Positions 1 through 12,690 of a stretch of DNA of 64,000 nt are shown here, piece after piece. Made by a program: the position numbers and the translations under genes. The stretch spans positions 3,846,001-3,910,000 of the forward strand of contig MU058687.1 of assembly GCA_013265495.1 (NCBI GenBank). Reading direction: 5' to 3'. Source of the DNA: Vicugna vicugna (Eukaryota). Each line of letters starts with the position of its first letter. The stretch's first letter is position 1. The notes under the pieces are model-generated. The model ran no database searches. It was not told the DNA's origin and saw only the letters and a program-made list of their open reading frames with translations.

Positions 1-3000
1 ATAGATTTTTGTATGTTTACCTTGTGTCCTGTGACCTTGTTGGACTCACATGTTAGTTCAAGATGTGTGTGTGTATGTGTGTAGATTAGTTGGGATTTTC
101 TACATAGAAAATCATTTTATCTCCAAATAAGGACAGTTTTATTTCTTCCTTCAATTCTGTATGCATTTTCTTTTCTTCTCTTGCCTTACTTCACCGGCAA
201 CAATTTCCAACACCATGTTGAATAAGAATGGCAGCACATCCTTGTCTTGTTCCTGATCTTCAGGGGGGAGCATTCAGTTATCCACCATTGTTAGCTGTAG
301 GCTTTTTATGGATGTTCTCTATCAAGAGAAAGAAGTTCCCCTCTATTCAAGGTTTTCTGAGAGTTTTTTTTTAAAACATCATGAATTGGTATTAAATTTT
401 GTCAGATGCTTTTTCTGCATCAGTTGATATGATAATGTGATTTTTCTTTGTTAAACTGGGAGCATGGTGGATTACACTGATAAGTTTTTGAATATTGAAC
501 CAACCTTATATCCTTGGAATAAACCCCAGCTGGTCATGGTGTATAGTTCTTTGTATATATAGCTAAATTCTATTTGCTAATATTTTGTTAAGGATTTTTG
601 TGTCTATGTTCACGAAGGATATTGATCTGCAGTTTACTTTTCTGTACTATCTTTGTCTCATTTTGGTATCAGAGTAATGCTATTTCATAAAATGAATTGG
701 AGTGTTGTCTGTTTCAGGAAGGTATTATAGAGAATTAATGTTAATTATTTAACTTTTTGGTAGAATTCTCTAGTGCAAACATCTGGTCCTAGAGATTTCA
801 TTTTGGGGAGTATTTTAATTTTTGATTCAATTTCCTGAATACTTATATGACTTCAGGTTATTTCATACCAGATGATTTGTATAGATACTGTTTTTTGAAG
901 AATTGGTCTATCAAATTTAAATTACCAAATTTATGTATGTAGAATTGTTTATAGTACTCCTTTATGAATTCTTTCAATGTCTGAGTGTTTATGGTGATAT
1001 CTCATATTTCATTTGTAACATTGATATTTTGTGTCTTCTCTCTTTTTTCACTGTCAGCCTTGGCAAGAGGTTTTCCCAATTTTATTGATTGGTTCAAGGA
1101 ACCATCTCTATTTCATTGACTTTCTACATTGTGGGGGTTTTTTTCCCATTTTTATTGGTTGTTACTCTTATCTTTCTTTGTTCTTCTTTCTTCTTGCTTT
1201 GGATTTATTTGCTCTTTTTCTGGAGATGTGAGATGTGGGAGCTAAGCCTAAGATGTGAGCCTAAGATGATTGATTTGAGACTTTCCCTCTTTTGTGTATT
1301 TGCAGTTAGTGCTATAAATTTCCTTCTCAGCACTGCTTTAGCGCTGTCCCACAGATTTTGATATGCTGTGATTTTATTTTACTTCAATTTAACATATTAT
1401 TTGATTGTTTTTGAGAATTCTTTTATTACTCATGTATCATTCAGAAGCGTCCTGGTCCTGCTTAGTTTACAGCTGTTTGGAGAATTTCTTTTTATTATTT
1501 TATTAATTCTTTCTAGTTTGATTCCATTTTGGTTGGCAAGTGCACTCTGTATGATTTCAAGTCTTTTACGTTTGTTGAGGTTTGTTTTATGGCTTGCAAT
1601 GCAGGCTGTTTTGAGTATTGGGTTTCCATGAATACTTGAAAATAACGTGTAATTTTTTGCTGTTGGGTGGAGTGTTCTGTAAGTGTCAGTTAGATACTGC
1701 TGGTTGATGGTGGTGTTCAGTTCTTCTACATTCTTGTGATTTTCTATTTACTTGTTCAATCAATTGTTGAGAAGTGGGTATGTAGTTTCCAAATATAATT
1801 GGATTGGTCTATTTTCTCCTTTCAGTTTTAACAGTTTTTGCTTCACATATCTTGCAGCTCTGTTGTTTGGTACATTCACACTTAGGATTATGTATTCTTG
1901 GTGGAATGACCCTTTTTCATTATACAATAATCCTTTCTATATATGGTATTTTTTGTCCTGAAGTCTAATTTGTCTGATATTAATAGAAGTCATTCTTGCT
2001 TTCTTTTGGTTAATGTTTGCATTACGTATGTTTTTCTATCATTGTACTTTCATCCTATCTATATCATTATATTGGAAGCAAGTTTCTCGTCAAAAACATT
2101 TAGTTGGGTCATGTTTTTAATCAGTTCTGCTATTCTCTGTCTTTTAGCTCATATATTTAGACCTTTTACATTTAATGTCATTATTTATATTTTAGGACTT
2201 AAATTTACCATTTTACTGTTTTTCTGTTTGTCTTCTCTGTTTATTTCTTTTTTCTTTTTTTCTGCATTCCTGTTGGTTACTTAAATTTTTTTAGTTAGTA
2301 TTTTGATTCATCTATAGTGTGTTTTGAAAGCATTTTTTGTGCAGCTGTTTTTAGTGCTTGCTCTAGGTATTACACATACACACACAAATACAAAATCATA
2401 GATTTTATCATTTTAACAGTTTGTGTGAAATGTAGACACCACACATAAATCTTACTTTATGTCTTTTAACCCCCCCACTTATAACATACTATTAAATATT
2501 TTGTCTACATGCATTTAGAACCATATCAGACAGTATAATATTTTTTATTTCAATTGTCAAACATAATTTAGAAAAATTAAGGGCAGATGAAAAGTCTACT
2601 TTATTTACCCCATAGTTTTGCCTGCTGTGTTGTTCCTTCCTTCCTAATGTTTTAAGATTCTTGCTTTTATTGTTTCCTCCAATTAGAAAACTTACATTAG
2701 CCATTATTTTAAGGTAGGTGAGGTGGCAAAAAATTCTTTCAACTTAATTCATGTGAAAATATCTTGATTTCCCCTAATTCCTGAATGACATTTTCACTAG
2801 ATACAGATTCTAGGTTGACAGTGGTTTTTTTTCAGCATTTGAAAAATATTGTGCTATTGCCTCTGGTGCCTGTGGTTTCTGATGAGAAATCCACTGCCAT
2901 TTAAATTATTTTCCTTTATTGGTAAGGTGTTATTTTTCTCTGGCTGTTTTCAAGGTTTTTTTTTTTCTTTGTCTTTAATTTTGGAAATTTAGCTGTGATG

Positions 3001-4935
3001 TGTTGTGTTAATCAGTTTTGACTGCCATGACAAAATACCACAGACTAGGTGGCTTAAACAACAGAGGTTAATTGTCTCCCAGTTCTGGAGGCTGGAAGTC
3101 TGAGATCAGGGAGCCAGCATGATTGGGTTCTGGTAAGAGCTCCCTTCCTGGCTTTTGGATGGCTGCCTCCTTGCTGTGTACTCACATGGCAAAGATAGCA
3201 ATCTCTCTCTCTTCTTACAAGGCCACTAATCCTATTGGATTAAGACCTCACCCATATGAACTCATTTAACCTTAATTATCTCCTAAAAGGCCTAGCTCCA
3301 AATACAGTCACAAAGGGGGTTAGAGCTTCAACATAGGAATTTGGCAGGGCATGATTCAGTCTATCGCATATGTCATGATGTGGGTTTTTTTTTTTAAATC
3401 TGCTTGTAATTCACTCATCTTTTTGAATCTGTAGGTTGGTATCTCTTACTACATTTGAGAAGTGTTAAGACATTACTTCTCTGACTACTTTTTCAGCCAT
3501 GCCTCCTTCCTCCTCTTCTTCTGGGACTTCAGTAACATAATACATGTTACATTTTTTGTTATAGTCCACAGGTCCCTGTGGCTGTGCTCATTTTTTTCTC
3601 TTTTCTCTCTTTTGTTCAAATTAGGTAATTTCTACTGTTCTGTCTTCCATTTAACTGATTTTTTTTCCCCTCAGTGTCCTCCATTCTGCTGTTGTGTCCA
3701 TCCACTGAACTTTTCACTTGGTTACTATGTTTTTCAGTTCTAAAATGTCCATTTTGTTCTTACACTGTCTTTTTAATTGCTGATGTTTTAATTTCTTTGC
3801 TGAGACTAGTTTTTCATTTATTTCAAGTGTGTTCATAATTGCTCACTGAAGCACTTTTGTGATAGCCATTTAAAAATCTTTGTCAGATAATTCTAATCTC
3901 TCTGTTCTCTCAGTGTTGGCATCTGTTTGATGTCTCTTTTCATCCAGTTTGAGATGGTCTTGGTTCTTGCTATTACTCCTGATATTCAGTTGAAACCCAA
4001 GCATTTTGGTTAGTATGTTATGAGACTTTAGATGTTATTTAAACTTTCTGGCTTACCTGGCTGTGTCCTACACTGCTCTGTTAGGAAAAAGTGGGGAAGG
4101 GCACCTCCTTACTGCCCAGTCTGGGTCGAAGTCTAGGTTCTCTACTCACCATTGATACCTGAGGGTGGGGCTTATTACTCCTGGGAAGGGTTCAGAGACC
4201 TGGATGCCCCCTAGGCCTTCACTGATACTGAGATGGTAGTGGAGAAGTTGCCTCCTTATGGCAAGTTGGTGGAAAAGGCCTCCTCTGGACACAAATGCAG
4301 AGGGCATGGAGAGTGGTTCCCTATTACTGTAAAAACCTTTGGGCTCCACATGTGGCTCTCAGTTGACACATTGCAGATAGGGGATTTTGTTATTGCATGA
4401 CAGAGATCAAAGTTCTGGCTCCCACTTGGCCTTTTCTGACACCACACACGTAGACAAATTGCGATGCCTCATTACAGCCTGGAAATATTCAAGATTCAAT
4501 CTAAACCCCTGGCACATGGGGTTTAGATTCCCCAAGTGGTCTTTGCTGGTCTTGTAGGGGTGAAACCACACTTTTTTCCTGTGGTGTTTGGCTGAAGCAT
4601 GGCAATTACTTTGTAAAAGTCTTCTGCCTTCCTAGACCTTTCTTGTTTGTGTGTGTGTGTGTGTGTCTTAATGGGGCTTCCCCCCTCCATTTATACCCTA
4701 AAGTGTTTCTATGTCCAGTTTCTCCAGCATCTCATCTGAGATACATGAGACAAAAAGAAAACTCAGGGAACTCACTGATAGGTCATTCTTTAGGTCCTGA
4801 GGTCCCTAGTCAGTCTCTCTATCATTCAGTCTGTTCATGCTTGTTTTATAGGTAATATCTAGTGCTTTTAGTTGTACTTAACAGGAGGAAGAGGAACAGG
4901 AATGATTACTCCATCTTCTCTGAAGTGGAAGTCTG
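1..4935 (-). mobile_element. Ancient decayed LINE-1 (L1M-type), 5'UTR + ORF1 + N-terminal half of ORF2; continues beyond the window start
   Basis: Minus-strand translation gives L1 ORF2 motifs NIDTKILNKILANRI*...HHDQLGFIP (~500-610), [10 protein letters not shown] (~400-430), QNLWDSAKAVLRRKFIA (~1311-1360) and LSLFGDKMIFYVENP (~92-136; canonical LSLFADDMIVYLENP). ORF1 motifs AVDFSSET (~2872-2897) and CQPRI.. (~2800-2820) are present. An L1M-like 5' end (rev-comp gacttccacttcagagaagatggagt) lies at ~4908-4933. Many stops and frameshifts. Confidence 0.95.
3004..3368 (-). mobile_element. MaLR solo LTR (MLT1A-like) inserted in L1 ORF1
   Basis: tgtgttaatc...aaataccacagactaggtggcttaaacaacaga...ttagagcttcaacataggaattt...tatcgca; TG...CA termini; imperfect 5-bp TSD tgtgt/tatgt. 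Confidence 0.9.
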
Positions 4936-7339
4936 GAAGTCTATGTCTTTGTCTTGAAAACACCAAGGCACTTGATAAATGTATGATAACTGATGGACCA
5001 TTTGATGGTCAGTTATAGGCTTTAATTTGAGTAAAGTTACTGACTTTACTCAAATTAAGGCTCCCAGGAGCTGTCTGAGGTCCTGGACTCTCCTTAAAGT
5101 CTCTGGCTCAGTGGATGAGAATTTTCTCTCTCTCCATCTTACTGCTTCTAGTGACCTTAAACCTTTCTTTTGTTTTCACTTATTTTGGTCCCAGCCTCTT
5201 TGTCATACCCTATCACACTGGACTTTTTAATTGCTGCCTTGTGAACTCATGTTTAGCTGGGCCTTAATAACTGACTATTCATTGCCTATTTTTGACAATA
5301 ACTTGTATCTGCTATCGCTATAGCAAATCCTCTTGTTTGACTGGATCCTTGGAAACTTCACAGCACTGTCATAGTCGTCAGCTGCTTTTGCCAATGTTTC
5401 CTCTGGTCGTCAAATTGCCTTGCTTGTGGACCAATAGAACAAGTCCTCTGGAAGAATGCAAAGCAGAAGAGAGGCCTTTCCCTCAAGATGCTAATAGTTT
5501 CAGAGCGAAACTAGAATTAACTACAACTGGGGAAACTTTCTGGAACCTTTCATCTATACTGTATTCATTGTTTCTAACTTTTATGATATAAGGAACAGAA
5601 ACTTAAGTGAATAATTGGCTGTATTGAGTTTTGTTCTCTTCCTTTCCCTTCAATTTTAAGTATTTAAAGATAAATAACTGCAGAATATTTTACTTTATTA
5701 TATTAGAAATATTAAAAAGGGATGAAACAGCCATGGCAGAGAAGGTATTTTTCTCCTTTAAGAGAAAATTCTCTCAGAAATAGAAAAAATATATCAGTCG
5801 CTTGTTATGAATTGACCTTGGAGCCAAGAAGCCGTAGATATACCTTCCATCCATTCCATTCCTAATGCAGTAGGTAAAAGGCAGGAAGATTGTCTGCAAA
5901 TTTCCATGACCTCTAAAGAAAGTATGTGTTGTCTTCCTCTGTCTGATAATAATTTTACTGGTTGTGCTTTTAAGGCTTAACGCCCCTCCCCCCACCAAAC
6001 TGGCAACGTTTTCCTCTTCTTGAGCTTTGTGAGAATGTTTTATAAAAATTTTACCTAGCTGTCAGTCTATTAGCTCCCAGGTACTTAGTTTGTTTCATGG
6101 GATTACAGACATTGGAAAAGGCATTAAAAAAAATACATAGGCCTGAGAATTCTCCAAGGGCTTGGATTCCAGTGAGTTGCAAAGGATCCTGAAGGCTTTT
6201 CACCTACTCCTTTCCTGGACTGTACATGATGCCTTGTAGGCATTATTTGATTAAACCTCAAGATTCCCTCAGTTATGAATTTAGGATATTAATGTTGGCC
6301 TCTGTCTTCAAAGTGGAGGTACTGTCTCCACTGTACCCTTCCTCAAATTTTTGTGATGAAAGGCAGACTTTATATTCCTTTTTTTGCACAAATAGCCAGT
6401 GTCTGACCATGAACCACTTTCTAGATTGTATGAAGCTAACTGGCCCACATGAGGGTTAAATCTGTAACTCACACTTAACTCCCTAATCTGACCAGCTGAA
6501 CTAATCAGCACAGTCTAAAAGGCAATGTCTGACAGAGGAACAAATTCATTGGTTAATGAGAAGCTAGTTCTGGTAAATTTTAATGCCGTGGCCAGATCAA
6601 ATTAGTAAGTTGCAGAGCCTGGATTTGATCCCAGGTTTGCTGGATTCCAAAGCCGCACAACTTTAGAGAGTTATTGTTCTCTTTAAAATGGTGTTTTAGT
6701 CTCCCTGCACGTAGTGAGTGATGAATCTCTGAGCGGCTGATGACCTGTTATGAATGATGTGGTTTGTTATACGTTGTACATTGTGTACTGTGCCGCTGAC
6801 CTGGTCAGGGTCTGTGCGTGTTCTTCTGGATATTGATAAGATGAAGGAAATGATACTTTCTATCTGAGGATCTCTGGGTCCTGAGGATATCATGAGTATT
6901 AAACATTTCTGAAGAAAAGCTCTACAAGAATACCTTTATTGTTGGATAACAAGAAAATTCTGAATTAGTGAAAAATCAGAGTAAGTCATTACTTAGAATT
7001 AAAAAAAATCACATTCAGGAACATTCAGTGCTGAGAACAATGGTTTATTAAATGAATTTATGGTTTTTTAAATTGAATGTATAATAATTCTTAGGAAAGT
7101 TATATCTACATGAATTATAAGCAAGAATTGCCCAAGTGCTTAAGAGTACTTTGTTCTTTTAAGAAACTTGCTCATTCTCTCTGAAATCTTGAGCGCATGA
7201 TAATATTCCTCAGCAAACCCTTTTGTTTAGCAGAAGAGTGATCTGAAAGTGAGTTAACACATAAATGGTCACAGATTTCAAATATGAAAGATATGAATGA
7301 TTTAGGGTTTACTCTTAGGTGTCTATTCAATGTGGCAGA

Positions 7340-7580
7340 ACAGAGTAGTGAAAGCTACTTGTTCTGAGGCTGGATGGGTCTGAATGCCAATCCTGAACAC
7401 CCTGAATCACATGTCTGTGGGCAGGTTACTCAGTATCTCTACCAACAGGTATTCTCATTTCTAAAATGGGGAGAATACCAGGATCACATAAAATCGTTGG
7501 GCTACTGAATGAGTTAACGCATGAAAAGTGCTATGGATGATACTTGAAACATAACAAAGACTCACTGTTCCTATTATTAA
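7340..7580 (+). mobile_element. MIR SINE
   Basis: Core-like gggcaggttactcagtatctct...ctcatttctaaaatgggga and tail aatgagttaacgcatgaaaagtgct. Confidence 0.8.
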
Positions 7581-8039
7581 TGCTGTTGTTAACACTATTA
7601 TTAAGAAGTAATAGAAATGATGCTCTTTCCCTCTGAGAGATTTAGGTAATAACTGAGTCTGTATTTGTTAGCAACACAAGATGACAGAGCCATATATAGC
7701 ATCCTACCCCCTGATTTTTGCTTCTTGTCTAAGATAGCAGCAAAATGACAGATCCACTCTAAACTAGCCTTGGGTGGCTCAGCTCCACCTGGGATTAGGC
7801 TAGGGAATAGGACTGCTATGTCACAGGTCTGAAATGAGGATTTCCAGTCCCTGGCTTTTATTCCAGAGTATTCCGAATGTTTGCAGCTGCCTCGAAATTC
7901 TGAAGTAGCCAATAGGAAGAAGGGGCCCCAGGGGCCTGTTCGCGGTAGGAGGAATGCTGGCTTTTGCCCTGACTTCTCTTCTGCTCACTGCGATAGCAAC
8001 TCCTCTTCATAATATCCTCTCTAGTCATACATTCTGATC

Positions 8040-8400
8040 AAAGTCGGTATTTAAAGGCTGTGGCTGTTAGGAGGGTAGATACCCCCGGTATTTCCCAGAA
8101 CAGAGCTCGCTTTCTGGGAATCTTGGGTCCACGTGACTTCCTGAGTAGGTGATTAACTGTGAGCAAGGAGATAGGTTTGGCGTGACACAATCTGCAGATT
8201 CAAATAAATCCCCGGAGAGTGGGTGAGGCTGCTGAGAGTCCCCTTTGCTGGCTGAAGCTCCCAGTGTATGCACAAAACACCTCGTCCCAGGCCCCAGATG
8301 TGTGCAGCTTTCTAATTGCCAGCGCTGCACTAAGATTTGAAGGGTGAGAGAGTTGCAAAATCACGAACACCGAGGGCGGTGTTAGGGAGGCAGCTTCCTG
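8040..8400. promoter_or_regulatory. Candidate enhancer or alternative promoter (motif-dense unique DNA)
   Basis: TATTTAAA at ~8048; GAS motifs TTCCCAGAA 8092-8100 and TTCTGGGAA 8112-8120; E-box CACGTGAC 8130-8137 overlapping Ets ACTTCCTG 8136-8143; C/EBP-like GTTGCAAAAT at ~8353; several CpGs retained. Confidence 0.45.
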
Positions 8401-8555
8401 CACACTGTTGTAGGTGTTAGTGAGATTATCAATTGCTCCGGGAGAGACACAGGACTGGAGGGCTTAGGGAACGTGGTGGTCCCTCTCTTTGCGGTTTCTG
8501 CTCCCTGAGGTGGTGCTTTCCTAGAGATATGTACCCTGCACTTCCATTTCTGCAG

Positions 8556-8578
8556 TGAAATTAACCCGAGCTTGGCAG
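8556..8578 (+). other. Candidate 23-nt microexon (or 3' end of a non-coding first exon)
   Basis: Acceptor ccctgcacttccatttctgcag| at 8555; consensus donor CAG|GTAAGT after 8578. Confidence 0.3.
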
Positions 8579-10619
8579 GTAAGTCTTTCAGGTCACCTTT
8601 ACACAAAAAGGTATGAGGGCTGTGGTGGGGGTGGGCTGAACCCCATTCTCTTACATCAGACATATTTTATTGCTGCAGAAGTGGTATTCAGAAGCTTAAA
8701 TGTGGAGCAGAGGTTTGAAGCAGCCAGACGAACTACGTGGCCCTGGGAGAAGAGGTAGGGACAGAAACAAACGGAGGGGAAGGGGACTCAGGCATTTTCT
8801 CCCTAACAAATCTCCCTTTTTGTTTGGAAATTTTGCCTCCAGGCTGGTGCCAAGCCCCAGGACAGGGTCTTTGGCATGAGTTACAGCTGTGATCTTCCCA
8901 GTTTTTCTTTTCTGTTTCTTTCTGCTTTTTTAGTTACCATTGCATGGGAGCAGGCAGACAGCAGCCGGGTTGCACGCTGTCAATACAGGCTGCAGGAGTC
9001 AATAAGCAGCCAGACAGGGAGTGAAATTGGAGGAGGCAGCTATAGATTTCTTAGGTTATTTCTTGTGAGTTTTTCAGAACTTGTGTGATTCAGGCTTGTC
9101 AGATACTATTTTGAGCTGGGCTGAGACACATTCCCCTGGTGCACCAGATGTTGTGTGCAGCCTCCCAATTTCCAGGGACACTTGAGTTGGCTTTCTTGGG
9201 GGAAAGAGAAATTCCAGGCAAGGGATAGGAATGAGGGAATGGGAAATTACAATGGGGAAAGTAAATGTTCAACTGCTCTAGAGTTTGTTAGAAGTCATCA
9301 TATAACCCTGGAGATAATTATTATTTAGGATGGCAGTGATTGGCTTGAGGGAATGAGGGACTATGCCTCTTTCAATTCAGTGTGTGGATCCAAGTGGATA
9401 CTCAATAGATGCATGTTGATTGAATATTAGTACCAAAATGTGTACTTTTGGAGGTGAACTCAGATTCATATGCTGGGTTTTCCTTAGAATGTCAAGATGG
9501 GGTAATAGGAAAGGATAATGCTAATTGGTGGGTAAATTATGAAGAGATGAGCTCTGCTGAATAGTAGAATAATATCTTCAAGTGGAATTATTGGACAGAG
9601 AGACAAACACAGAGCCTGCCCCCCCCATCTATCTATCCATTCATCCATCCATGCATTTATCTATCCATTTCTCTCTCTTTTTCTCTCTCACTTACTAACC
9701 ACCTGGTTCCAGGAGAATTTCAGGCAGATTCTATGACAGACTTAATGCAGGTTAGCATCATTAGAGATAAAAAAATGACAAAAGATGATCCTTCATCCAA
9801 AGGTCGTCTTTTTGGTTCTGCAGTGACATGGCCTACAGATGACTGAAATGTAAAAGTAACTGTGATTTGTAATTGAAGCATTTATTTCAACTCCCTCTCC
9901 CACCAACGTCATACCCAATACTGCAAATATGGAAGAAAGTAGACACATGATCAGTCCTGCTCTCTCTGAGTCCCAGGAGGTAAAATTAGCAAAGGGCAGG
10001 TGATTGAGTCATCCGTGGAAGGCTGGTTGAACGTTTGCCCTTGGGGAGGTGATAAAGCAGGTAACTGGGTGGTCCTTCTCCATTCCTTAGGCTGGGCTGC
10101 TCCTTTGTAGCCATGGGGTGCTTTACTGACGTTCTCTCTCCCTATTTAAAACTGAAACAGGAAAAGCATAGTGTCCCTCTTCATCCTGCTTAATGTAATA
10201 TTCTATTATTTTCTTGGCTACTAAAATATTCTATTATTGCTGATCACTTTCTCCTCAGCTCAGTGTGTTTGTCACTGGTCACAGTTTACATAAAAACAGC
10301 ACAGGCTGCCTGGAGCTTGAATTGCCTGTGCTGGGGACGGGGAGGGGGATTCTGGGTACGCTGATGAATTCCTGCAACTGCCAGGGCTGGGAGCCTGGCT
10401 GGGAGCCAAGTGGATTGTGGACAGATGCTTTACATGCTGGGTCAACTTGGCTCAACTGATATTCCCAGGTTCTGACCTGGAGCTGGGGAAGGGACACATT
10501 CATTCACTCAGCCTGCCCAGAAATATTGACTTAACATCTGCTATGTGTAGGGTGTAGAGTTCTTGTGTACTTGGGAGTCAACCGCAGGGGTGCCTTCCCC
10601 CAAGAAGTCCCCTCTGCTA

Positions 10620-10810
10620 CCCACATAGCACGTGTTGTTTCATTGTCTCATTTATTTCTCTTGGGAGGGAAACGAGTTTTACCCCATTTCATGAATGAGG
10701 AAACTGAGACTTATGTTTTAAGTACCTTCTAAGATTGCACAGCTAGCGAGTCGGCGAGTCATAATTGAAACTCTGTTTACTTTGAAGTATGGGTTTGTTT
10801 CCACAGCACC
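10620..10810 (-). mobile_element. MIR SINE
   Basis: ccccatttcatgaatgaggaaactgagac core. Confidence 0.8.
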
Positions 10811-10909
10811 ACACATTCAGAAAAGATTCTTTTATAAGATGTGTTAAAGGTTGAAAAGGTTGCTTAGGGAGGGCCTGTAGAGGAGGAGAAATTAAGGTGG
10901 ACCTCGAGC

Positions 10910-11300
10910 AGATGACAAAGAAGCTCAGGCCAAACCGGCTGAAACAAAAAGGAGGGTTTATTGACTCATGGAATTGAGAAAATCAGATACTGTCACCAAA
11001 ATCTGAAATTTTCTCATCTGTTCTTGTCCCTTCCTCTGTTGGCTTTATCCTCAAGACCTGCTCATTTTCCCCTGGACCCTCCTACCCAGCAGCTGCTGGC
11101 CCCCTCCCCTCCTGGCAGTGGGACGACTGCAGGAGTTTCAGGCCCCTCACACGGTTCCTGAGCTCACTTTCTCTCACTGGACCCAGCTGTGATGGGGGAA
11201 AGACAGGGGCTACCAGGCCGTTCAGCGCCTTCCCCCAGAGTGCACAGCTGAAACCAGCAGAGAGGCCAATTCCCCAGAGGAAAATCAGGGTGGGAGTACA
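10910..11300 (-). mobile_element. Highly decayed MaLR LTR fragment (old MLT1 subfamily)
   Basis: ggctgaaacaaaaaggagggtttattgactcatg resembles the MLT1 antisense start with tttatt (polyA signal on the minus strand). Confidence 0.4.
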
Positions 11301-12399
11301 GGGGTGAGTGCTTGGCAGCATCCTCTAGCTGAGGATTTAGAGAGGCAAGGGGAGCAGAAATACTCACAGCATGAGCAGTGGTGGCCACTGGGGAGGGTCA
11401 GGGTCAGGACTTAGGGTACCAGCTCTGCAGCTCTGCTTTTGCCAGGTACAGCTTCCTACCAGTGCCGTCTCAGCCTGGAGCCACCGTGTTGCTGCATGTC
11501 AGCTTCCTCTTGGATTCCGGCAGGGTTGGGGGAGGGTGTTAGAACCATGAGGCAAAAATAAGTACACCCAGTAGGATGGGTCGTATTGGTGGAAATGGGT
11601 GGTGGTCCTTCCCCTGGTTGTTCCCAAGATTCCCCATCTCTGCTCTGGTTACTGTGCAGACCCTGTGAGCTAAGGGTCCATTGATGTTGGCTCTGGCCAC
11701 CCGCTCCAGTGTAAGTTGGGTCTTAAAGGTCACCGGCTGCTCAGGGGTAAAGCAGGATGTAAGGAAACAGCGAGAGGGTCTTGGGGCTTGGGAGCCTGTT
11801 GATGGTCCTAGGAGGACACAACATTTGTTGTTTCATCAGCTGTCTACTAACCAACGCCTAGGTTTACTCAAGGGGCTTATGCATCTGGGGCTTTATGCTG
11901 AAGTCATGAGCAGGAAGCTCAGTGTTTGGCCCTCCAAAACACAGAGCTCCTGTGTTTTTTCCTTCCTCAGGGCAACGCCATGGGTAATGAGAAAGAGTAC
12001 TGTCCTAGGAGGAATCAGGAGTCACAAGCTTGCTTTTACAAATTACTGTAATTTCTGAGCCTTGTCTGTAAAGTGGAGGTGAGAGTTCCTTCCAGATTTG
12101 TGAAGATCAAACCAGAAAGCAGCAACAGCCTGCCTGATGACTAGTAAGCCCCCAACAGAGTTGTTCTTCTATTCCTTCCTCAGATAGAATTATTTTACAG
12201 TAGAGAAACCCATGTTGTGCTTTGGAAGGCCATTTCTACCTGTATTTGAGTCAAATTAGATCTAGCAGGTGCAAAGGGCTGCAGAGGTGACTTGACGGCT
12301 GGTGGAATTACAGCCAGAATTCAGACGGGCATCAGGAGTCCTGGGTGTTGACTCTTGGAGCCCCACATTGCAGTCATCCTCCGAGCTTTCCTCCACCCG

Positions 12400-12690
12400 T
12401 GCCCCTTTCCTCTGTGAATGCTGCCACACGTTACAGTTGCAATCACCTTAGCTTCCACGTCTTTGCCTCTCTTTTTTCCTCCTGTTTAGCCTCTCTGTGC
12501 TACCCTTACACATCCCATCAGTCAACTAAGTCCTATTGATTTTGTTTCCAAATCCCTCTTAAACCCGCACCATCCTGTTCATCCCCAGTGTTCCAATGCT
12601 GCCTCATCCCTCACTGGACTCTTATAATTACTGCCTCACTGTGCATGGCATAAAGAGTACTCAACAAGTGGTTGTTGAACAAATGAGGAA
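12400..12690 (+). mobile_element. L2 3' fragments
   Basis: catcagtcaactaagtcctattgattttgtttccaaat... and terminal actcaacaagtggttgttgaacaaatga. Confidence 0.65.

Noticed and set aside
1031..2284. Run of hydrophobic plus-strand ORFs that look like membrane proteins
   Set aside because: They are the antisense reading of A-rich L1 ORF2; T-rich codons give F/L/I-rich pseudo-proteins.
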